64,000 nt of DNA, taken from the NCBI GenBank assembly GCA_964016885.1, contig OZ024746.1, forward strand, positions 47,430,001 to 47,494,000, given 5' to 3'. Below, one piece after another: positions 54,080-64,000 of the stretch; position 1 is the stretch's first letter, and the number at the start of each line of letters is the position of its first letter. Made by a program: the position numbers and the translations under genes. The stretch is from Eledone cirrhosa (lineage: Eukaryota). A model generated the notes under the pieces. The model worked only from the letters and a program-made list of their open reading frames with translations, was not told where the DNA came from and searched no databases.

Positions 54080-55557
54080 CTAAATTAACTTTTTCTTGTT
54101 TAATATTTTTAACTTTTTTATAAGAACATATCCACCCTGCAAGGTTGTCATGCAGATGACACAACAAAAAGCTCCCAGACCACTCTGTAAGGTGGTTGTA
54201 CTGGATGAAAAATACCCATTCCACCCTGTTAGATGATCATTTTTGTACCACTATAAAAAGCACCCATGACATCCAGCTGTAGAAACCAAACCAAAATACA
54301 GATCCCTATGAACAAGATGTGGTCACCTGACCTGACAAGTCTCATAATGCCGCAACCTCTCTAAGCAAGGAAAATAGATGATAAATGATGATATATATAT
54401 ATCACAAGCACACCCCCATTTTTCTATTTTTTGTCTAACCTATCTACTATTGTACTTTCCTGACAAAGGACTAATGTCTAAAACATTGAACTTCTTTTTT
54501 TTTCATCCAAAGTGTGAACCTAATACCACTAATTGTTTTTGTATCTCTGTGTTTGTCATTTTTTATTTTATATATATATATATATATAAAAATAGACGGT
54601 AGCCACGGAGTAGGCAGACCCAGAAAAACCTGGGACGACTTGATAAATTCCGACCTCACACACTTACACCTCTCCAAGACTATGTCACTGGACCGAGATC
54701 TTTGGCGCTACACAGTTATACAGAAGACCCGCCTTGCCTAAGTACAAAGCGAAACCTACAGTCAGTAGGCACCTCTAACAAAATATATCCCCGTCCCACT
54801 ACCCCCACCCCATCCACACCACCCCCTTAAATGTGAAGTTATGTTGGTACCACAACATCCAGTCCGAAACAAATGAGGTCGTGTAGGTGTCACGACAAAA
54901 AAACACACAGTCCACGCTGTAATGTGGCCGTGTAGGTAACACGGTAAAAACCTCCCAGTACACACTGTAAACGTGGTTGGTGTTGGGAAGGGCACCCAGC
55001 CGTAGAAAACCCGCCAGACGTGTAGGTGTCACGACAATAAAACACACAGTCCACGCTGTAATGTGGCCATGTAGGTAACACGGTAAAAACCTCCCAGTCC
55101 ACACTGTAAACGTGGTTGGTGTTAGGAAGGGCATCCAGCCGTAGAAAACCCGCCAGACAGTCCTGAGCAAGACAACCAATCTTGCCTCAAGTGGGACAAT
55201 TCCCATCTAGACCCATGCTAGCGTGGAAAATGGACGTTAAACGATGATGATGATGATGATATATATATATTCTAATATAAAATATTATGAGACATAAACT
55301 TTGTCCAATTTTTTTTCCTTTCCTAAGGGTATCTTACATGATTTTCATCAACTGCTGTTACAGTTATTATCTGCATTTAGCACCCTCATATTTTCAAGTT
55401 ATAAGATATGTTTTAATATTTCAATACAACAATTGGTATTCAATGTTTACAAACATTTTCTCCAAAACTACAAATCTTAGAGAATTCTAAATGAAAATTA
55501 CATTAATTTTGTTCATTCTATAATACCTCTGTTTTTTTCTTATATTCCAAGACTTAC

Positions 55558-55647
55558 CTTACATTTCACAGTCGTTTTCTTCATTGTCTTACCAAAGTCC
55601 AGCAGGGTCTGAAAGGTTTCCTCTGACGTCTGATCAGTTCTTACCAC
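55558..55647 (-). CDS. HADH: HADH exon 5 (90 bp)
   Basis: tag..gtaagt; VVRTDQTSEETFQTLLDFGKTMKKTTVKCK. Confidence 0.95.
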
Positions 55648-55692
55648 CTAGGTAAACAATAGGGAGACAATTAACAAGAAAAGTATGAAAAC

Positions 55693-55940
55693 AATGTACC
55701 CTTTCAATGTACCCACTCAATGAACCCAGTCAGTGGACCCACTCAATGTACCCACTCAATGTACCCACTCAGTGGACCCACTCAATGGACCCACTCAATG
55801 GACCCACTCGATGGACCCACTCAATGGACCAGCTCAATGTACCCACTCAATGTACCCACTCAATGTACCCACTCAATGGACCCCCTCTCAGTGGACCCAC
55901 TCAATGGACCCCCACTCAATGTACCCACTCAATGGACCCA
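55693..55940. repeat. 13-bp minisatellite (caatgkacccact)n
   Basis: Seen directly, ~45 nt from the exon 5 acceptor. Confidence 0.9.
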
Positions 55941-58105
55941 TCTTGCGACTTCTACAGCATCGCACTGCCCAAGACCTGAATCAATATTTTTCCCAAATTT
56001 CCCATCTAAACTACTTCCTAATGACCCCCTCCCTATGTCCACAAACACTCTGGCTCTTCCAAACACCAGTGGGAGTCTGCTAGAAATAGCAGCTAAATCT
56101 CCCTGTAATCACACCCTACCATCTTAAAAAAGGACACATTGTATAATGTGGTCTTGGCGAGAATACCTTTGCTCATAGGTCTGCTCGAGTCAACTTGACT
56201 TGGAGCTAAACAACAACAACCAATCTGCAGAAATTTAAATTGAGTATAAACCATATCAACCTTATTAAGTTATTACTAAGCAACAAAACAACAAATTGCA
56301 AGGTGGCGTCTGAGAAAATATATAGAAAGTAATAACTATTGTTCAGATTAGTTAATAAATAAGACATTCATCATCATCATCATCACCATTTAATGAATAT
56401 CTAACCCATTGTCTGTGAAATATTTAGATGATACTTTTTAACAAATTGGAAGCAGCAGTGAAGAATCAGATTAAATACAACAAGCGTTTCAGATCCCTTT
56501 TCCTGATAAAGTAGAAGTTAACCTTGTGGGCCCTATGACTTATCATGGGATAATTTTCAAAACAATGTTTTGTGATTAACCCTTTAGCATTTAAACCGGC
56601 CGTATCCAGCCAGAATTCTCTCACCTCTATTCTGTTCAAACCGACCATAACTGGCCCCTCATACTGATGTTGAGGTATTGTTCTCAAAATAATTAACATC
56701 ATAATCTCATAGATTCGATATTATGTGAGATAAGTAAGAGAGAGAAAGCCTTTACGACAAAAATACAATAGTATATATAGAGTAATGTAAATGCTAAACG
56801 GTAAATGCCTTTCCTGGTTACAGCTTAGCTGACTAGGTTACTTGGCCAGGGACACAAAGCAACGATTGTCAAAATAGATCGACATTTGACCTCCTGGTTA
56901 GTTGACCACTCTTTACTTGGCTGTTTGCATCTTCCTTATATGTACTATTTAGTGGCAAGGGGAGCTATATCGATGAAAATCTATATGAAGGGAGACAACT
57001 ATCAACTTCAATTTTTCGGCTAAGTATATGACCCAAGTTATTATTTCAATCCATAATGTTCATAATTGAAGAGATTTGAGCCATATATATACATCAGTAG
57101 CAGCAGCAACAGAAGCCTTTTACGCTTGCTTTTCCAGGTTTGCAAGTGTTAGCCAGGTCTTTTACAGCAGAGCTTCCCTCCACATACTGTGTTCCTTTAT
57201 CATCTCCTCTGTCAGGGTCATCATTATGAGATTCACACTCACCACTTCTGCACAAATCTTCCTTGACCTTCCTTAACTGCATAATGTGTACACATTTTGA
57301 AAGGTAATATGGAACTTTTTAAACTCACACTATGTGATTTTTTAAAATAAAAGTAAACATCTATATAAATATATTTTATGTTTGACTGTCTTATCAATTT
57401 AACTGCAACACATTCTACATAACTAACCTGTTAGGCTAGAGATTATTATAAAACACCAACAGTAAATGAAAATTCATAAACCAGTGGTTAAATACCTTAT
57501 TCACATGTTCAGTTTGTTTCTACAGATAAGTTACCTCCTCTTTATATTCAGCAAAATTTCTATGTAGTAGGTGTCGAACACTACTGGTACCATGTACTGA
57601 CTGTGTTTATTATGTAGGTCACCAAACACTAGGCAGGCTGTCATGTATTTGATACAACTGAAGGGTCTTCCTAACCCTTTGTTTGACAAGCCCTCTGTGG
57701 ATGTCCTTCCCATTACCAACCACTTCACAAGGAAGCAGCAGCTAGGAATGTGAGGGAGGGGGGGGGGGGCATAGGGAGATAAGGGTAATGTTAGGATTTT
57801 GTAATGTTGGGAATAGCTGAGCCAGTGAGTGCTAGTGGAATGGAGGGGTAGGCTAGGCCACATTATATGCTGCAAGTTGGGTCTTCCTCAGCACTGTATA
57901 GCACCAGCCCTCATGGTTGTTAGTCATTTCTGTTGAGAGGTTTAGTTTTTTAAGATCAGCCTTCACAAGCTCATCCCATATCTTCCTGGGTCTGCCTCTT
58001 CCACAGGTCCCAGTAACTGGGGTTTCTCTACATTTCTTTATGTAGAGCTGTTATCTTCCATGTGCATCTATCAATGGGTAGTCAATACTATTTAATTCAA
58101 TACCA

Positions 58106-58299
58106 GAGTCGGTTGAAAGGTTCATAGACTGACTATGAAGGAGTGATGCTAGAGCTGTGAAATCTTGCATGCATTAACTTCAACTCTTCTTCTTAATAAT
58201 TGCATTGTTTCTTTCCAGGGACTATGTTGAAAAATAAACCTCACTTGGTCATTCTATGAGAGTATCTTGGTCAGCCTATGAATTTTTCAGCTGACCTTT
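58106..58299. mobile_element. Tc1/mariner-type MITE
   Basis: Imperfect ~26-bp TIRs gtcggttgaaaggttcatagactgac / gtcagcctatgaatttttcagctgac in a TA context. Confidence 0.6.
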
Positions 58300-58804
58300 A
58301 TATAACATCTATCCAGGTTATAGTCACAATAAGACATGAACCATGCACTACAAATTAATGTAATGCTTATAATTATATAGTGTTCTTGAAGTTCTATGAT
58401 GCACATATACATATATCTTGCTCAGGGTCTACCCCTGAGTCTCCTGTCGGTTGGTTTTGCCCATAAAATCTGTCCAGTGATTTTTTCCTGAGACATTCTA
58501 ACCACATGCCCATAGCAGCTGCTCTACCTGGAGTGACTCTCTAATCTCTGAGCTACACACTCTATCGAGTAACATTACCTAACATTACTCTAAAGACCCT
58601 TCAGAGGAATCCCATTTTGGTTGCTTGTATTCGCAATCTTTTTCATTCGGTCATTACCCAAGATTCATGACCATAGGTAAGGGTTGGCACAAATACTGAA
58701 TTAAAGATAGCGAGTTTGGCTTTTACACCTCATTTCAGTACTGATTTGGTCTACGTAGACCTGTCCAATCCTTGCTAGCAGGGAAATCGGATGATAAAAC
58801 AATG

Positions 58805-58995
58805 ATAATTGTTTCTACTTTTGGCACAAGGCCAGCAATTACCCAGTGTTTTATTGGTACTTTATTTTATCGACCCCGTAAGGATGAAAGGCAAAGTTAA
58901 CCTTGGCAGGATTTGAACTCAGAATGGCAAGGGCCGTAACTCTATGCTAGAAAGCATGGCGTCCGACCCTCTACCGATACTGCCAATCCACTGCC
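58805..58995 (-). mobile_element. tRNA-derived SINE in HADH intron 4
   Basis: Near full-length family copy. Confidence 0.85.
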
Positions 58996-59793
58996 CTTAT
59001 AAATGATGATAATGATGATAATCAGCTGAAAAAATGTTTTTAAATTTTCATTTAAATAAATTGAAAGCCTATTCCAATATAACACAGATTATAGTCCACA
59101 ATGCTTTTCCAGTATAAACCATTTTAGCAAATTACAAATTTGTTTTGAAGCTGTTTTAAAAAAAGGCCACGGGGGCATTCTAACCATGACCATCTCATCG
59201 TTACAGACATACTTTATTTCAGACAATAATATCAAATATATCATTCTGTTTTTGTAAGACAATAAAGTATGATGTGAGGGAGATTTAGCTAGTATCTCTA
59301 GCAGCTCAAGTGACCATGTGACAACTCTTACATTGGCTAAGTTTAAACCTTTAGCATTTACATTATTATATACTATTGTATTTTCACTGTAAACACTTTA
59401 CCTCACATAATTATCTCATATAATCTCGAATTTTGATATAATTTATTTTGAAAACAATACCTTAACATCGGTATGAGTTGCCGGTTACAGCCAGTTTGAA
59501 GAGAAAAAGGTGAGAGAATTCTGGCCGGATATGGCCAGTTTAAATACAAAAGGATTAAGAGAAAGTTTGTCTCCCTAGTAATTTCATTGTTCTGTTGTAA
59601 TACTTTTCTGGCTCTGTTTTGTGAACGGTAGCATCCTCAATTAATGTGAAAGTTTCCTGATCTATTTATTCTTTCCAATAATTTGTGAAATAAATTTCAT
59701 GTACATAAATAAAAAAAATTATCGAACAAACCATTCAAAATAAATAAAGCTAATAGACTCTAAATATCAGGTAGAAACTTAATTAGAATTTAC

Positions 59794-59920
59794 CTCAAGA
59801 AGTTTCATCATTGGAACAGGATTAAAGAAATGCAGCCCTCCAAAGCGATCCTGTCTTTTAGTTGTAGAAGAAATATCTTTGATAGAGAGAGAAGATGTAT
59901 TGCTGGTAAATATCACACTC
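59794..59920 (-). CDS. HADH: HADH exon 4 (127 bp)
   Basis: cag..gtaa; [42 protein letters not shown], containing the catalytic His motif GLHFFNP and the partner Glu. Confidence 0.97.
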
Positions 59921-60301
59921 CTGCAAGAGATATATTGAGAATAAGGAGTTATACAATAAATAGGTATACATAAACATTTTCAATTTTTAAATATTTTATA
60001 TGAAATAGGTTACAGTTATTATATTTGGGGATGATCCTTTTGCCAATTTTGCCAATAAAAACACACGCACTATTCAATTTTCACTTCAGCTTTATTATTA
60101 GTTATTAAACAGTTCAACAAAGCTCTTTCATCACACATTTTGTGTCTTCCTCAATGACTATTTGTTCTTCTCTGTGTCTCCTCTTCTTTTTGGTCTTAAT
60201 CCGTTTACTCCATCATTCTCTATCCCAGTCCACGTTTTCCCTCTCACAAACACTAATCATCATCATCACTATTTAACATCTATTTTCTATACTTGCCTAA
60301 G

Positions 60302-60517
60302 TTAACCCTTTTGCATTCACATTACTCTATATATACTATTGTATTTTTGTGGTAAACACTTAATCTCACATAATACTAAATCTACGAGATTTTGAGATTA
60401 TTTATTTTGAGAACAATACCTTAACATCAGTATGAGTGACTAGTTGCAGCCAGTTTGAACAGAAAGAGGTGAGAGAATTTTGGCCAGATACAGCCGATTT
60501 AAATGCTAAAGGGTTAA
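60302..60517. mobile_element. piggyBac-type MITE (TTAA-CCCTTT...AAAGGG-TTAA); other copies at ~52147-52357, 56576-56805, 59345-59557 and 62079-62304
   Basis: TIR ccctttagcattta / taaatgctaaaggg with TTAA on both sides and a shared internal sequence. Confidence 0.8.
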
Positions 60518-60583
60518 ACTGAGCATCAATTATACCAAGTAATACAAAAAAATGAAAATAAGTAAAACTGAAAATCAACTTAC

Positions 60584-60741
60584 TGTGGTGCTACTTGATC
60601 AAGATCTGAAAACAGTTTCTGCTTGATACTAACATTTTCTATAATAGCTTCAATAACAAGATCAGTTTCTTTCACCACACGAAGGGGATCTGTGTGGATG
60701 CTGATACGAGACATTACATCTGATATAAACTTCTTTCCTCC
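60584..60741 (-). CDS. HADH: HADH exon 3 (158 bp)
   Basis: tag..gtaagt; GGKKFISDVMSRISIHTDPLRVVKETDLVIEAIIENVSIKQKLFSDLDQVAP(Q). Confidence 0.96.
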
Positions 60742-62713
60742 CTACAAAACAAATAGTTTTATTTTCTTTTATTTCCATTTTGTTTTCATTTTCATTTTTT
60801 TAACTACTGTATGTACTCAAATAGGCAGCGAATTAGCAGAGTCGGATAGAATGCTTTATGGCACTCTTCAAATTCCACTGAGGTCAACTTTGCCTTTCAT
60901 CCTTTCAAGGTCAATAAAAAAAGTACCAGTTTAGTACTCTGGTCGATTTTTCCTCTCTCTAGAAAAAATCTGCTGTACACAAACCTGGAAAGGCATGGGC
61001 TCTGCCAGGCTTAAAATGCCCAAGAAACGTTGTATATCAATACAGCACCCCTCAACTCTCTTAGGAGTTATGGGATCATACCATGTACTCGAATATAAGC
61101 TGATATGAATATAAGCCAACCCCACTATTTTATGTCTGAGAAATGGGCAAAAATCCAAACCTCATTTAGAAGCTGAGGCAGCTAATCAACACATTGTTTA
61201 TATGGCATATATAAGCCAAACTCACCCCCGCCCATTTTATCATCGATATTTTGGTCACATATTCCTCAGCTTATATTCAAGTCTATACAGTAAGTCATAA
61301 AAATCTAAAATAGAAGAATTGAATTCCATCAATAAGTCCACAACTCTTGATTGTACCATAAAGGTGCCATACTGATATGTAGTGATGTCATGGGTATTTA
61401 AACCTGAACACAGTCAATTTCTTTCAGAGAGAGAACAGGGAAGAGAGAGAGAGAGGGAGAAGGGAAGAGAGAGAGGGGAGCAGGGAAGAGAGGGGGGAGA
61501 GAAAGAGAGGGGGGGACAGGGAGATACAGAGGAAATTAGAAAGAGATACAGAGTAAGAATCAACCCCAGTAGTGGACTGGTACTTTATTGACCACAAATT
61601 GATAAACAGAAATGTTGACCTCTGCAGGATTTGGACTCAAAGCATAGAGAGCCAGAGGGAATACAGTAAAGCATTCTATCCGACATTCTAAAGACTCTGC
61701 CAATTTGCTTCCTTTATATTAAAATGTGGTGCATATTATAATCTGATATAGATTATGATATGATATACACTATGTCCTATAGTAAAAAATATATTATAGC
61801 AGGGCCAACTAAGACTGCAAGATGAATATTGTCACAAATATAAGTAAAATATACAAAGATACTTGGGAATAGAAATCAAAAAGCAACAACCTTTAACTAA
61901 CTCAAATTTGTACAAATTCAAATGTAAAACATAGACATTTTTGGCATTGAGGATTATCAACTAAACTGTAGACCAACATAAGTTAAGGCTTCAACAAATA
62001 CATTATAATAGATAGGTTTAAACTGTAATTTAGAGTTTGATTCATTGTGTTCAAGTTATGTGCTTGATGAAAACTGACTTAACACTTTAGCATTTACATT
62101 ACTCTATATTTACTATTATATTTTCGTGGTAAAGGCTTTACCTCACATAATTATCTCACATAATATCGAATCTATGAGATTTTGATATTATTTATTTTGA
62201 GAATACCTTAATATCAGTATGAGCAGCCAGTTATGGCCAGTTTGAACAGAAAGAGGTGAGAGAATTCTAGCTGGATATGGCCGGTTTAAATGCTAAAGGG
62301 TTAAGGCTCCAACAAATACATTATAATAGACATGTTTAAACTTAAATTTAGAGTTTGATTCACTGTGTTCAAGTTATGTGCTTGATGAAAAATGACTTAA
62401 GTAAGAAAACCTACAATATCACTGCCTTGTCTTTTGCTTTTATCAACATCATTGTTGCCACTGTCATCATTATTGACATCGACATCCTCAATGTCAACTA
62501 TGAATCATGTACAATCTACAGTTGTTCCAGTTGCCATGATTCCAAACATGCTAAATGAGTTGAAATGGATAGAATTAAAATAGTATCAGAAACAAAATGC
62601 TAGCACTATTTCTTTGACGCTGAAACTGAAAGGGTCAACCAAATCAACCAGTTAACCTACCAACCAAGTAAGCAAGCAATTATAAAAAAAACATAGGTAA
62701 ACTAGCTACTCAC

Positions 62714-62842
62714 ATCAGGGTCTTCTGAAAATTTTTTCTTCACCACTCGACCCAAGCTCTTTTCAATGCCAGCTGTTGTTTTAAGAAGTAACTCATTCTG
62801 CTGATCAACAATAGTAACCTTGTGTCCAGTTGTAGCAGCAAC
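62714..62842 (-). CDS. HADH: HADH exon 2 (129 bp); exon 1 with the transit peptide and GxGxxG motif lies outside the window
   Basis: cag..gtgagt; VAATTGHKVTIVDQQNELLLKTTAGIEKSLGRVVKKKFSEDPD. All seven exons splice in frame. Confidence 0.95.
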
Positions 62843-64000
62843 CTGAAATTGAAAAAAATCTATATATAAATTTGAGCAACTTCCATCCGTCCTTCTGTCA
62901 CACATTAGAGATGACTGAGGAAGGAAGGGGTGATGACAAACTACAGAAAACAGTGTCTAACATTCACTACAAGTGTGTACAATCTACATGCGCACACATC
63001 CACGTTAGTGTGTTGAAAAAAATTCTAGTAAAGTAAACTTCCTACAGGCATAGCTCTATGGTTAAGGACTTAATGTCAACTATTTGATTCTGGGTTCAAC
63101 CATGCTGTGTGATACCTTGGTTCACCAATAATAGCCTCTGGTTCACCAATACATTGTGGTACAAAAACTGCAGTAGCTCGTTTTGTGTGGGTGTGAGTGT
63201 GTGTGTGTGGGTGTGAGTGTGTGTGTGTGTGTTGTGTAACTTACTAGTTAAAAAAAAAAAGGGATCAATAGCTGATGCCACAACAAAAAACATCCAGTCA
63301 GTCCTGCACAGTGTTAGTGCTGGTGTCACAACAATGAAAAGCTGGTCCTACTGGTTCCACAATGAAAAGCCCCCAGTCAGCTCTGCACAATGTTAGTGCT
63401 GGTGTCACAACAAAAGCACTCATTCCACGCTGTAAGCAGGTCCTATTGGTGCCATAATGAAAAACACCTAGTCCACCCTATAAGGTGGTAGTGCTGGTGC
63501 TACAACAAAAGGCATCCAATCCACCCATAATGAAAAACACCCAGTCTTCTTTGTAAAATGACCAAGGCAGTGTCCCAGCATAGCTGCAGTCTGACGTCTG
63601 CTACAGAAGACCTACCCAATAACAACAGAACTATAGTAAAAGGAATATGATGTATCACCAACTATTGCAATATATATATAGATATATGTGAGTGTGTGTG
63701 TATATATATATATATATGTGTGTGAGTGTATATATCATCATCACCGTTTTACGTCCGTTCTTCCATGCTAGCATGGGTTAGACGGGTTGTCCTGTTGTGG
63801 GCAGTGTCCGGTCGGCTGACCTTGTCTTGCTCATACGGGAACTGATTCTGGCTTGATTTCTACAGCAACCTCATTTACAGTGAGTGCTGGGTGCTTTTTT
63901 TTTTCCATGGCACCTACACATCCACTTTACAGTGTGGGCTGGGTATTTTTTTGCCGTGGCACCTCCACGACCACTTTGCAGTGGAATCATAGAGACCCCA

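Noticed and set aside
54455-54492. ctgacaaaggactaatgtctaaaacattg (and ctgatgag at ~39515)
   Set aside because: Probably decayed pLTR hammerheads, but several core positions are mutated, so they are not called as features.
57094-57282. Short minus-strand ORF as an extra HADH exon
   Set aside because: It matches the RTE-like LINE tail seen at 52.7 kb, and HADH exons 4 and 5 already join in frame.

Overview
This is AT-rich animal genomic DNA dense in (TA)n microsatellites. The SINE content and repeat style suggest a coleoid cephalopod (octopus), which is an inference. The right third (44.2-62.8 kb, minus strand) holds seven coding exons of a mitochondrial 3-hydroxyacyl-CoA dehydrogenase gene (HADH, exons 2-8 by analogy with the vertebrate gene; exon 1 lies beyond the window). 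Its introns contain SINEs, piggyBac- and mariner-type MITEs, a non-autonomous Helitron and a 35/70-bp minisatellite. The left two-thirds is a cluster of insertions into (TA)n tracts: two disrupted Penelope-like elements (RT + GIY-YIG), a GIY-YIG fragment, an R4/Dong-like REL retrotransposon, and many non-coding tandem or inverted elements. Most of the non-coding elements carry hammerhead ribozymes (HHRs), many with non-canonical features. The 8.3-kb array of a 616-bp unit hides one U3-A8 core-variant HHR per unit with a roughly 80-nt stem II. The 310-bp and ~470-520-bp arrays carry type I HHRs that share a U.U-closed stem II with an AACA loop and compensatory stem changes. Together these look like a family of Penelope-mobilised, (TA)n-targeted retrozymes, potentially circular RNAs. 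Separately, an ~88-bp inverted copy of the HADH exon 7/intron 7 junction could fold the pre-mRNA into a long duplex covering the 5' splice site, a candidate ADAR editing or splicing element. All RNA structures were folded by eye, and ribozyme activity is untested.
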